DNA of 64,000 nt. Origin: Candidatus Methanophagales archaeon ANME-1-THS. GTDB taxonomy: Archaea; Halobacteriota; Syntropharchaeia; Alkanophagales; Methanospirareceae. Made by a program: the position numbers and the translations under genes. This document shows positions 52,204-61,354 of this stretch, piece by piece. The notes under the pieces are model-generated. The model did no database searches and had not been told where the DNA came from. It saw only the letters and a list, made by a program, of their open reading frames with translations. Where the stretch lies: NCBI GenBank assembly GCA_004212135.1, contig RXIE01000127.1, positions 1,565 through 65,564 of the forward strand. The letters run 5' to 3'. Every line of letters begins with the position of its first letter. The stretch's first letter is position 1.

Positions 52204-52731
52204 TCAGCTTATCTTCTTCGCTGCCAGTTCAATAGCCCTCGTCACACTTGCGGTTGGTCGTATAGTTGCAACGGGTATCGTAACGATCCGCTCAACGGTT
52301 GGACTGACGATGGGCGCGCACACGAGCGCGGATGCACCATCTCGTTCCGCGTGAATCGCGGCTATTATCGCTTCCTCGATCGTGGTGACCGCATATTCTT
52401 TGATCTCAATCGTCTCGTTGTTGAAGTTTATCTCATCCTTTTCTATGCCGTCCAAAACGCCCCGTGCACCGATGACCGCAATGAATTTCTTCTGCCGCGA
52501 AGATCCTCGTTTGATCTCCCGCACCGTGGTGAGTATCCGCCTGAAGGTGCGCATATTCGGATCACGCTCGCCCGAGAGGATCTTGTAAAGCGTGCTGGCA
52601 GGTATGCCCGATTTCTCACTGAACTCGCCGATGCTCATCCCCAATTTCTGTTTGATCGCTGCGGCCAGTATCTCGGGCAGCTCGTGATCCTGCACAAAGA
52701 TCTCAGTTACGATCTCATCGGCGACGGTCAT
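52204..52731 (-). CDS. XRE-family HTH transcriptional regulator with a C-terminal sensor-like domain
   Basis: EFSEKSGIPASTLYKILSGERDPNMRT; C-terminal ALVCAPIVS; divergent from the CoM operon. Confidence 0.85.
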   Translation of the reverse strand: MTVADEIVTEIFVQDHELPEILAAAIKQKLGMSIGEFSEKSGIPASTLYKILSGERDPNMRTFRRILTTVREIKRGSSRQKKFIAVIGARGVLDGIEKDEINFNNETIEIKEYAVTTIEEAIIAAIHAERDGASALVCAPIVSPTVERIVTIPVATIRPTASVTRAIELAAKKIS

Positions 52732-52781
52732 AGCTCATAGTATAAATTGCTATTCCATATATATAAATATCGCCGCTCGTA

Positions 52782-52830
52782 TTATACAATTAGGAAATTT
52801 AGTGCGCAAAATAGAAAAATTTAAATATCG
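52782..52830 (+). promoter_or_regulatory. Conserved promoter/operator box 1 (upstream of the hdrCB-comF-cysteate synthase-comDE operon)
   Basis: ttatacaattaggaaatttagtgcgcaaaatagaaaaatttaaatatcg; closely matches 58334-58384 and ends in a BRE/TATA-like gaaaaa-tttaaata. Confidence 0.75.
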
Positions 52831-52851
52831 AGAATTTAGAAGAGGGATGAC

Positions 52852-54459
52852 TTGAAGAGAATGGTGGATAGTAAGATCGTTGAGGATGAGGAACTGGTGG
52901 CTATAAAATCACGGGAAATAACACCGGTTCTCAGAGATTACCCCGCACGCACGCACCAAATTGCAGAAATGCCCGATACGGAAAATGGGTTGGGGGAAGA
53001 AGACCTGAAGAGATTGAGGTTAGATTGGTTACTTACCGATCCTCGTGCCCCTGATTTGTATTCCTGCATTCAATGCGGTGCGTGCACGGGCATTTGCCCC
53101 GCGGCATCAGTGGACAAGAGATACAATCCGAGAAGATTGGTCGAGTGCCTTATCTCGGGATGGGATATAGAAGATTATCCTTTAGAAAAGTGCTTTTCGT
53201 GCTATACCTGTAAATACGCATGCAGAGAAGGAAATTGTGTGGCTGATATAATTAAGATCTTGAAGGAGAACGAATGGAAGGGGTTAAACGTAAATCGGGA
53301 AAGATGCAGGGAGGAGTTATACTGCAAATCCCTTTACGAGCGAGGTTTATGTGTCACCTTTGATGCTCTTTCTCCCGATAAGATTCCGGAATGGGGCTCT
53401 TCATGGAAGAGGATCTACTCAAATATGCAAAAATTCAGATTGGAGCTTGGTCTTGAAGTGCATTGTCGAAAGATACCTCAACAATCGCTTGATGAGATAC
53501 GAGAGATTGTGGATAGAACAGCGAATACAAAATTCAGAAAAGAAGGTATGGTCGAGGAAGTGACGAAAAGAATTCCTGATAATAAAATTTATCTGTTCCA
53601 TAGTTGTTTCGCGGACGCACACTATCCAGGTATTACCGAGAGTATAAAATACCTATTTGACAGGCTCGGCATTGACTACCTCGATGATCCCCGGCACTCG
53701 TCGTGCACCGGCTTTGGGTATTATGTGAATGAAATACCGCTTTCCACAACGCTTGCGATAAATGCAAGGAATTTCGCTCTGGCAGAAGAGACGGGCTATC
53801 TAAATATAGCACCGATTTGTCAAACAAGTTACGGGGTGCTTACGGAGTCGGCGAGGATTTTGAGGAGCGGCATAAGAAGGCGGATAAATGAAGAGGTCTT
53901 GAGCAAAGTGAACAGGAGATACGAAGGTGAGGTCAATATAGCCCATATTTCAGAAGTACTATGGGCTCACAGAGAGAGAATAAAAGAGAAAGTAAAGCAC
54001 AGCTTTAACGGCCTAAGAGTTGCCACACACAACGGGTGCCACTATGCGAAGATGTTCAGAAAATCCGCTATGCTTAATTTATTGGACGAACTCGTATCCG
54101 TTACCGGTGCGGAACCTTTGGATTATGTGGAGCTTTGTAATCGTCTGCGTATGGGTTTTGATCATACGGTAGAACCCGAAAGAAGATACCTTACCCGGAT
54201 AATTGCCCGAAGAAAGCTTCTATCCGCTAAAGAGGCGGGTGCTGATCTCGTTCTTGTTGCCTGTCCCGGGTGCCAAATAACACTCGATAGAAATCAAGAA
54301 CGTATTGAAAAGGAAAGTGATGTGGAACTCGGTCTGCCTATCATTAACCATGCCCAGTTTATCGCCTTAGCACTGGGTGCAGACCCCTACAAAGTTGTAG
54401 GAATACAAACGCATTCAAACTCTCTCGAACGCATCTTAGAAGAGTTCGACATTCTTTAA
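52852..54459 (+). CDS. Fused HdrC-HdrB-like heterodisulfide reductase
   Basis: CIQCGACTGICP and CFSCYTCKYAC (HdrC), then CCG-type domains (HSC, SCTG, CQTS, NGCH, ACPGC). The second CCG motif is replaced. Confidence 0.85.
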   Translation: MKRMVDSKIVEDEELVAIKSREITPVLRDYPARTHQIAEMPDTENGLGEEDLKRLRLDWLLTDPRAPDLYSCIQCGACTGICPAASVDKRYNPRRLVECLISGWDIEDYPLEKCFSCYTCKYACREGNCVADIIKILKENEWKGLNVNRERCREELYCKSLYERGLCVTFDALSPDKIPEWGSSWKRIYSNMQKFRLELGLEVHCRKIPQQSLDEIREIVDRTANTKFRKEGMVEEVTKRIPDNKIYLFHSCFADAHYPGITESIKYLFDRLGIDYLDDPRHSSCTGFGYYVNEIPLSTTLAINARNFALAEETGYLNIAPICQTSYGVLTESARILRSGIRRRINEEVLSKVNRRYEGEVNIAHISEVLWAHRERIKEKVKHSFNGLRVATHNGCHYAKMFRKSAMLNLLDELVSVTGAEPLDYVELCNRLRMGFDHTVEPERRYLTRIIARRKLLSAKEAGADLVLVACPGCQITLDRNQERIEKESDVELGLPIINHAQFIALALGADPYKVVGIQTHSNSLERILEEFDIL

Positions 54460-54471
54460 TAAACGAGAAAG

Positions 54472-55725
54472 ATGGAGAAGAGAAGGACGATCGCGGAGAT
54501 AAATGCGAAACTAGAAAACGGCGAAGGGGTGATTATGACCGCCGAGGAGCTTTGTAATCGTCTGCGGAGTGGTGAGGATATCAGATTTGAGGATGTGGAT
54601 GTCGTCACCTCGGCGACTTGCGGCGTGATGAGTGGAACGTATGCCATTCTTTCGTTCCAAGTTGCTGAACGAGAAGCGTTCGAGCGAGCAACAACGATTT
54701 TACTGAACGGTGTGCCCGGATTCGTGGGTCCGTGCCCGAACGAGCGGCTCGGGGTTGTTGATCTACTTGTGTATGGCACGTCTCACGCGAATGAGCGCTA
54801 TGGGGGCGGGCACCTCTTCAGGGATTTGGTCGCGCAGAAAGAGATAGAAGTGGCAGTTGGAACTGTTGAAGGACGGAGTATTAAAACCACAACGTCTCTT
54901 GAGGAGATCCCTGTTGCGAGATTGTGCAGTACGAGGAACGCATTTAAGAATTACTATGCATTTGTGAATGCCCATGAGAATGCGGTGAGTTCGATATTCG
55001 GAGTGGACAGGTTTAAAGGACCCTTCAAGGAACTGACGTTCTCGGGCTGTGGTGAGTTGAATCCATTAGAAAAAGACCCCTTCAGGGAGACAATTGGCAT
55101 TGGTACGAAGATCTTGATGAACGGGGCGGTGGGTTTTGTGATCGGAGAAGGCACCCGAAGTTCACCAGAAAAGCCAAATTTGATGGGTATTGCGGATATG
55201 CACGGGATGTTTCCTGAGTTTCTCGGCGGCTTTCGGACCGCTGCTGGCCCCGAGGTCTTTTATTCCTGGGCAGTCCCTATTCCAATAGTGAACGAGCACG
55301 TGCTTGAGAACGCAGGGAAGCGGGATGAAGAGATAAGGCTTGGAGTCCTTGATATCCATAATAGGCTCCCGGTCGGTGAAATAACCTATGCGGATGTCTG
55401 GCATGACTTTTCCGTACGGTTTGATCGCTCTGCGTGTCTCGAATGTGATGAGTGTCAGGTTGCCAGCTCGTGCCCTGCCGATGCGTTTGATGGAGAGGCT
55501 AAGGAGGTGCATGAGGATTTCTGTTGCAACTGTGGCACCTGTGTGCAGGTCTGCAAGGGTGGTGCATTCAGTTGTAATCTCGGTGTTGTCCATCTTTCGG
55601 GACGAGAGATCCCTGTAACACTGCGTCAATCAGACAGGAAAAAGGCAGTAAAGCTGGCAGAAATGCTGAAGAGCAAGATTCTGGATGGTGAGTTTGTACT
55701 CGCAGAGCCTGTAAGCAGGCTTTAA
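54472..55725 (+). CDS. Methanogenesis marker 16 metalloprotein (ComF-type coenzyme M synthase)
   Basis: VDVVTSATCGVMSGT, GPCPNERLG, SGCGELNP, two C-terminal ferredoxin motifs and RQSDR; adjacent to cysteate synthase. Confidence 0.9.
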   Translation: MEKRRTIAEINAKLENGEGVIMTAEELCNRLRSGEDIRFEDVDVVTSATCGVMSGTYAILSFQVAEREAFERATTILLNGVPGFVGPCPNERLGVVDLLVYGTSHANERYGGGHLFRDLVAQKEIEVAVGTVEGRSIKTTTSLEEIPVARLCSTRNAFKNYYAFVNAHENAVSSIFGVDRFKGPFKELTFSGCGELNPLEKDPFRETIGIGTKILMNGAVGFVIGEGTRSSPEKPNLMGIADMHGMFPEFLGGFRTAAGPEVFYSWAVPIPIVNEHVLENAGKRDEEIRLGVLDIHNRLPVGEITYADVWHDFSVRFDRSACLECDECQVASSCPADAFDGEAKEVHEDFCCNCGTCVQVCKGGAFSCNLGVVHLSGREIPVTLRQSDRKKAVKLAEMLKSKILDGEFVLAEPVSRL

Positions 55726-55751
55726 TCCTTGAAGGTGATGGAAGAAGCACG

Positions 55752-57098
55752 ATGAACGAGGCAAAGTATCACCTGGAATGTTTGGAATGCAGGCACGTAA
55801 TCGCCGACAGCTATACCAATACCTGCCCTGAAGGTCATGATTCGTTATTAAGAACGGTTTATAAGAGCAAGAGGATAAGGAAACGTTCGGGGCAAGGGAT
55901 GTTCAACTATATCGATTGGCTCCCGGTAGAAGCAACAGTGCCCGTAAACACGAATCCGATTACCTACAAAAGCGAGGAATTGGGAAAAGAATTAGGATTG
56001 GAAAATTTGTATGTCAGTTTCAGTGGTTACTGGCCCGAGAAGGGTGTGTTTATGAAGACCTGTACCTTCAAGGAGTTAGAAGCGCTCCCTACCCTCCTGC
56101 GTGCACACGAGCGGGCAGGTGAGAAGATCCTGGTCGTGGCATCTGCAGGAAATACCTCACGCGCATTCGCAGAGTTCTCCGCCATGACCGGTATGCCGGT
56201 GGTGACCATCGTGCCACACAGGTATACCCACCGGATGTGGACCACGACGGAAGATCACGAGAGCATCTTCCTCATCGCGGTGGATGGCGATTATTCAGAT
56301 GCAAGTGCGGCGAGCAAGGAGATAGTGAATAAACCCTTACAGGGTTTTCGGGGTCAACGGGGCGGAGCCCCGTTAATGGCGGGGTTAATAGAAGAAGGAG
56401 GGGTAAGAAATGTGGCTCGAAGGGATGGAATGGGCGTTGTGGAACTTGAAGCTGCATGGTGTATGAAGGCGTTGCCTGATTATTATGTGCAAGCGGTGGG
56501 CAGTGGCACGGGTGCGATTGCGGCATGGGAAGCGTTTATCCGGCTGATTGGTGATGGACGATTCGGTGAAAGGATGCCGAAGATTGTGATTGCACAGAAC
56601 CTCCCGTTTGCTCCCATGTTCAGTGCATGGCAGGATGGTCGAGCGGAGCTCATCGCGGCTAAAGACCTGAGCAATGCCGAAGCGGCAATAAAGGCGATGT
56701 ATGCCAATATTCTTTCTACCCGAAACCCGCCTTATAGCATCAAAGGGGGCGTCTATGAGATGCTGAGGAGTTCTCAAGGGACGATATACGGAATAACGAA
56801 CGACGAGGCGAGGGAAGCTGAGAAGCTCTTCGAGAGTGAGGAGGGGATAGATTTAGATCCCGCGGCATCAGTAGCAGTCGCTTCTTTGATGCACGCGGTT
56901 GACGAAGGCTTTGTGGAAAAAAAGGATAGAATTCTGTTGAATATCACGGGCGGCGGCTATAAGCGATTGAAGGAGGAGTGTGCACTGTACCACGTAGAAG
57001 CGCGAATGGAACTGCACTCACATGCGGTGGGTCAATTACCGGTCGATGAACTTGAAAGAGAGCTAAAGGAGTTCGTTACGGGTTTATACGTAGGGTAA
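55752..57098 (+). CDS. Cysteate synthase (PLP, threonine-synthase-like)
   Basis: FSGYWPE, TCTFKELEA, ASAGNT, EGG.RNVARRDGMG, QAVGSGTG and LNITGGG motifs. Confidence 0.93.
   Translation: MNEAKYHLECLECRHVIADSYTNTCPEGHDSLLRTVYKSKRIRKRSGQGMFNYIDWLPVEATVPVNTNPITYKSEELGKELGLENLYVSFSGYWPEKGVFMKTCTFKELEALPTLLRAHERAGEKILVVASAGNTSRAFAEFSAMTGMPVVTIVPHRYTHRMWTTTEDHESIFLIAVDGDYSDASAASKEIVNKPLQGFRGQRGGAPLMAGLIEEGGVRNVARRDGMGVVELEAAWCMKALPDYYVQAVGSGTGAIAAWEAFIRLIGDGRFGERMPKIVIAQNLPFAPMFSAWQDGRAELIAAKDLSNAEAAIKAMYANILSTRNPPYSIKGGVYEMLRSSQGTIYGITNDEAREAEKLFESEEGIDLDPAASVAVASLMHAVDEGFVEKKDRILLNITGGGYKRLKEECALYHVEARMELHSHAVGQLPVDELERELKEFVTGLYVG
56331..56375 (+). mobile_element. 45-nt double-hairpin element inserted in frame (copy 1, in cysteate synthase)
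   Basis: aaacccttacagggttttcggggtcaacggggcggagccccgtta; stems aaaccct/agggttt and aacggggc/gccccgtt; encodes KPLQGFRGQRGGAPL. Confidence 0.85.
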
Positions 57099-57116
57099 AC
57101 ATGAGCTGAGGATACC

Positions 57117-58289
57117 ATGTATCAAACCGAGCGGGACGTGTTAGAACTCATAAAGAGAAATAACATAGAGGTTGTCTCAACGCTCCCGTGCGAGAAACTA
57201 AGTGCTCTGTTGCGGCTTGTCGCGGACGAACGAGCATTTTGTCATGTGGGTTTGAACCGTGAGGAGAATGGCGTTGGTATCTCCGCAGGTGTTTCGCTCG
57301 CGGGGGGAAGACCGCTCATGATCATCCAGAGCACGGGTTTAGGGAATTCACTCACTGCTCTGATGTCGCTCACCGTTACGTATGGGCTGCCGTTACCCAT
57401 CATCGCGAGCTGGCGTGGCGTTTACAAGGAGCAGATAGAGGCGCAGGTCCCGTTTGGAAAGGCGCTGCCCGGCGTTTTAGATGCATTGGGGCTGAACTAC
57501 ACGCTCATCGAGGACTCCTCACAAATCGGGTTAGTAGACGATGCTATCCAGGACGCCTTTGCTCATGAAAGACCGCATATAGCACTCATCTCGCCGAGAA
57601 CATGGGGAAGCGATGAGGTGAGTAAAGAAAACACCGGTCCGCACCGGAAGAGATCTTTCACCGTGACGTATGAAGGAGAATATCAGGAGCCGGAGATGCG
57701 AAGATACGATGCGATACGGATAATCACCGAATATCTGGATGAAGAAGCCGTGATTGCGAACATCGGTGTCCCAAGCAAGGAACTGTATGCCGCCCAAGAC
57801 CGCGCTTTAAATTTTTACATGCTCGGGAGTCTGGGTCAAGCGTCCTCTATTGGATTGGGCGTCGCATTGAAGACAAATAAACCCTTACAGGGTTTTCGGG
57901 GTCAACGGGGCGGAGCCTTGTTGAGAGAGACGGTAGTACTCGATGGGGATGGAAGCCTGCTGATGAGCGATATCTTGCCGGTGGTAGGGGAGCAGAAGCC
58001 GAAGAATCTTTCTATCATTTGCCTGGATAATGGCACATGGGGGAGCACCGGAGATCAGCCGGTAGCTTTTGCAGGAGATATCGCGCTGATGGCGATCGGT
58101 GCAGGCATGGAGAATACGATGAAGATATACAGGGAAGAAGAGCTGCGGCACGCCTTAGAAGGGTTATACGAGAAGGCGGGTCCGAGATTTCTCCAGGTCG
58201 TGATTAAACCAGGCAATGCACCCATACGGAACATACCTTTGAGCGCATCGCAGATAAAGCGACGATTCATGGCTGCGCTGCTTCCATAA
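57117..58289 (+). CDS. comDE: Sulfopyruvate decarboxylase, fused alpha/beta
   Basis: TLPC, REENGVGI.AG, QSTGLGN, NFYMLGS and DGDGSLL...DNGTWGSTGDQ (ThDP motif). Confidence 0.95.
   Translation: MYQTERDVLELIKRNNIEVVSTLPCEKLSALLRLVADERAFCHVGLNREENGVGISAGVSLAGGRPLMIIQSTGLGNSLTALMSLTVTYGLPLPIIASWRGVYKEQIEAQVPFGKALPGVLDALGLNYTLIEDSSQIGLVDDAIQDAFAHERPHIALISPRTWGSDEVSKENTGPHRKRSFTVTYEGEYQEPEMRRYDAIRIITEYLDEEAVIANIGVPSKELYAAQDRALNFYMLGSLGQASSIGLGVALKTNKPLQGFRGQRGGALLRETVVLDGDGSLLMSDILPVVGEQKPKNLSIICLDNGTWGSTGDQPVAFAGDIALMAIGAGMENTMKIYREEELRHALEGLYEKAGPRFLQVVIKPGNAPIRNIPLSASQIKRRFMAALLP
57879..57923 (+). mobile_element. 45-nt double-hairpin element inserted in frame (copy 2, in comDE)
   Basis: aaacccttacagggttttcggggtcaacggggcggagccttgttg; encodes KPLQGFRGQRGGALL; 42 consecutive nt (including the preceding AAT) identical to copy 1. 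Confidence 0.85.
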
Positions 58290-58333
58290 TGATACCTAGT
58301 TGTACACTGAAACCAGGAATTCTTCGGGTATAT

Positions 58334-58384
58334 TTATACATTTGGGTAATTTAGTGCACAAAAAATAGAAATATTTAAATACCG
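58334..58384 (+). promoter_or_regulatory. Conserved promoter/operator box 2 (upstream of the sulfonate-type ABC importer)
   Basis: ttatacatttgggtaatttagtgcacaaaaaatagaaatatttaaataccg. Confidence 0.75.
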
Positions 58385-58446
58385 CAAGTTAATAGAATGA
58401 CACGGATACAACGAGTGGGTGATACAAAGTATGAGGAGGAGTTGAT

Positions 58447-59475
58447 ATGGAACGAAGAAGCAGAGCCAGTTTAGTAGCTCTTGGGGGATTCATTGTGGTG
58501 GTCGTGATCTTCTTAGGCTGTATAGAAGAAGAGCCAAAGATTACCAAGATAAATATGGGATATCAACCGAGCACGCACCAACTGGCAGCGATGGTTGCGG
58601 CTGAGAAGGGCTGGGGAGAAAGACCGTTGCGCACTTACGGCATCGAAGATGTTGAACTCCGTTTATTCCCTTCAGGACCGCCTGAGATGACTGCAATGAT
58701 TGCCGGAGATCTTGACATTGCCTACGTCGGGGCAGCACCACCTATCGCTGCGATGTATGAGGGCCTGGATGCCAAGATCGTGGCGGGCGTCAATGTAGCG
58801 GGATCTGCAATCGCTGTCCGCCCCGAACTCGTCGAGGCCTATGAACGTGACGGGGTAGGTTCATTGAAGGGAAAAACCATTGCCACCTATCCACCGGGTT
58901 CTATTCAGTATACCATCCTTTCTCAATGGCTCCTGGATAATACCATTGATCCTGCGAAGGATGTAGATATAAAAGCAATGGCGCCGAGCGATGCTGTTTC
59001 CGCTCTAGGAGCGAAGTCCGTCGATGCGGTCTTTCTCCCCAGCCCCCATCCTGAAATAATCGAAGCTGAGGGCACTGGAAAAATCGTTAAATGGTCAGGC
59101 GAGATCTGGCCAAACCACGCCTGCTGTTGCCTGGTTGCGAGTGAGAAGATGATTCGGGAACATCCGGATATTGTTACACAGCTCATAAAAACACACATCA
59201 ATGCGACCACGTATATAAACGAACATCCGGACGAAGCGGCGGAGATCTTCGCCAAGTGGCAGGGAGGAGATGTCGCAACAATAAAGCAGTCCATTAAGAT
59301 ATCGGATTCCCGCTGGATTCACGATCCGCATCTGCAAATCGAGAGTTCGCTCACGTATGCGCTTGATATCTACAAGCTTAACAGAGAGCGATACGAGGCA
59401 AAAGGCATAAAACCGCTCACCGAAGATGATATCTTTGATACCAGTTTCTACGATAAGATAACGGGCTACAAATGA
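58447..59475 (+). CDS. SsuA/TauA-like ABC substrate-binding lipoprotein
   Basis: Lipobox FLGC; GYQPSTHQ, GDLDIAYVG, GSIQ and HACC motifs. Confidence 0.9.
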   Translation: MERRSRASLVALGGFIVVVVIFLGCIEEEPKITKINMGYQPSTHQLAAMVAAEKGWGERPLRTYGIEDVELRLFPSGPPEMTAMIAGDLDIAYVGAAPPIAAMYEGLDAKIVAGVNVAGSAIAVRPELVEAYERDGVGSLKGKTIATYPPGSIQYTILSQWLLDNTIDPAKDVDIKAMAPSDAVSALGAKSVDAVFLPSPHPEIIEAEGTGKIVKWSGEIWPNHACCCLVASEKMIREHPDIVTQLIKTHINATTYINEHPDEAAEIFAKWQGGDVATIKQSIKISDSRWIHDPHLQIESSLTYALDIYKLNRERYEAKGIKPLTEDDIFDTSFYDKITGYK

Positions 59476-60251
59476 AGCTACCGGCTGCGGTACGAGATAA
59501 AGGAATCGTCTTAGTGCCTCTGCTCACCACCATTATTCTCTGGGAGGTCCTGGCGAGATATGTGGTCAAGAACCCCGCCTTCTTGCCAAGATTCTCAGAG
59601 GTTATTTTTGCATTTTATCTGCTTCGAGAGCGTATAATCCCTGATATACTGGTCAGTCTCCTCCATTTTGGTATTGGCCTGCTGCTAGCATTTTCCCTCG
59701 CACTTCCGCTCGCAATTGCTATGGGCTGGTTCAAGACGATATTCAGAGCTCTGGATCCGCTTATCGAGATCCTGAGACCGATACCTCCGCTTGCATGGAT
59801 ACCGCTCGCCATTGTCTGGTTTCACCTGACCCACTATGCGGCTGGCTTTATTATCTTCCTCGGTGCATTCTTTCCGATTCTGATTGACAGTTATACCGGG
59901 TTCAGGAACGTGCCGCGGGTGTTAGTCGAAACAGGCAAGGTATTGGGCTGCATTGGCGATAAAAAGCTGATACGATACGTTGCGTTTCCCTTTGCGCTTC
60001 CCTCGATTGCGACGGGCACTCGTGTGGGCATGGGAGTTGGGTGGATGTGTGTGGTCGCGGCGGAGATGTTCGGGGTGAGTAGAAATGGGCTGGGTTACCG
60101 GCTCTTCAACGAGTTTTACTACTGGAAGCAGATGGATTATGTCATTGCCTACATGCTTATTTTAGGATTGATCTCTCTGCTTCTGGACCGCATGTTCAGG
60201 CATTATATAGAGGAGAACCTATTTAGATGGAGGAAGGGGATAGTCAAATAG
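59472..60251 (+). CDS. SsuC/TauC-like ABC permease
   Basis: LRPIPPLAWIP and WMCVVAAEM motifs. Confidence 0.92.
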   Translation: MKLPAAVRDKGIVLVPLLTTIILWEVLARYVVKNPAFLPRFSEVIFAFYLLRERIIPDILVSLLHFGIGLLLAFSLALPLAIAMGWFKTIFRALDPLIEILRPIPPLAWIPLAIVWFHLTHYAAGFIIFLGAFFPILIDSYTGFRNVPRVLVETGKVLGCIGDKKLIRYVAFPFALPSIATGTRVGMGVGWMCVVAAEMFGVSRNGLGYRLFNEFYYWKQMDYVIAYMLILGLISLLLDRMFRHYIEENLFRWRKGIVK

Positions 60252-60252
60252 C

Positions 60253-61011
60253 ATGAACCACAAGCTCACGCTTCGCAATGTCTCGAAGACGTATAATTCG
60301 GAGGAAGGCGAGATAAAGGCAGTGGAGCATATCAATCTCGAAGTCAAGCCGACCGAATTTTTATGCATCGTCGGTCCCTCGGGCTGTGGCAAAACGACCT
60401 TGCTCAGAATGGTAGCGGGGTTAGACTATCCAACCAGTGGCGAGATTATCTTAGATGGCGCGCACGTGAGCGGTCCTTCTCCGGACAGAGGGATGGTCTT
60501 CCAGGAATTCTCGTTATTCCCGTGGAGAACCGTCTTGAAGAATGTGGAATTTGGACTGGAGATCCGCGGGGTGCAGGAGAGACGAAGAATCGCAGAGCAG
60601 TACCTGGAGCTTGTCGGTCTCCTGGACTTTAAAAATTGTTACCCGCAGGAACTTTCAGGCGGCATGAAGCAGCGAGTAGCGATCGCACGAGCGCTTGCCA
60701 CCAACCCTTCTGTGTTATTAATGGATGAACCATTTGGCTCGGTGGATGCGCAGACGAGGAATGTGCTGCAAGAAGAGCTGCTGAGAATCTGGGAGAGAAC
60801 CGAGAAGACCATTATGTTCGTGACCCATAGCGTTGATGAAGCGGTATACCTCGCGGATCGAGTTGCGGTGATGTCCGCACGACCCGGTCGAATCATCCAG
60901 TGCATGAAGATTGACATACCACGACCCCGAAAGCGAACGAGCGTAGAGACAAATGTGATTCGAGAGAAGCTCCTTACCCTCCTGGTTTCACAGTACCCAC
61001 GAATAGGCTGA
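60253..61011 (+). CDS. SsuB/TauB-like ABC ATPase
   Basis: [17 protein letters not shown] and DEPF motifs. Confidence 0.93.
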   Translation: MNHKLTLRNVSKTYNSEEGEIKAVEHINLEVKPTEFLCIVGPSGCGKTTLLRMVAGLDYPTSGEIILDGAHVSGPSPDRGMVFQEFSLFPWRTVLKNVEFGLEIRGVQERRRIAEQYLELVGLLDFKNCYPQELSGGMKQRVAIARALATNPSVLLMDEPFGSVDAQTRNVLQEELLRIWERTEKTIMFVTHSVDEAVYLADRVAVMSARPGRIIQCMKIDIPRPRKRTSVETNVIREKLLTLLVSQYPRIG

Positions 61012-61030
61012 GGTATCAATGGCTTATGCT

Positions 61031-61354
61031 TTAAAATACCGTTGGTATAAATCTAAATCTCCATGGTACTCGCCTCATATGTTCTTCATATTCTTTTCCA
61101 AATCTCTCTTTCATTACCTCCTCCTCCTCTCTAATTGCCGTTAATATGGTAAGTATAACAAAAATAATGACTGGAATTAAAATCCACACGATTCCCCACA
61201 TAAATGCAAATCCGAAGTACAGAAGAATTAAACCAGGGTATAATGGGTGTCGCATCTTTGAATAATTCGCCTCAGTTATTAGTTTCTTAATTTTCTCAGA
61301 TTCCTGATGTGCTTCTTTATGGATTTTATGGGAATATTCATGAATGATTAATCC
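61031..61354 (-). pseudogene. 5'-truncated PEMT/ICMT-family methyltransferase fragment
   Basis: LIT..YSKMRHPLY...EEE.M..RFG.EY..VPW; upstream the frame hits a stop with no start; AT-rich. Confidence 0.7.
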
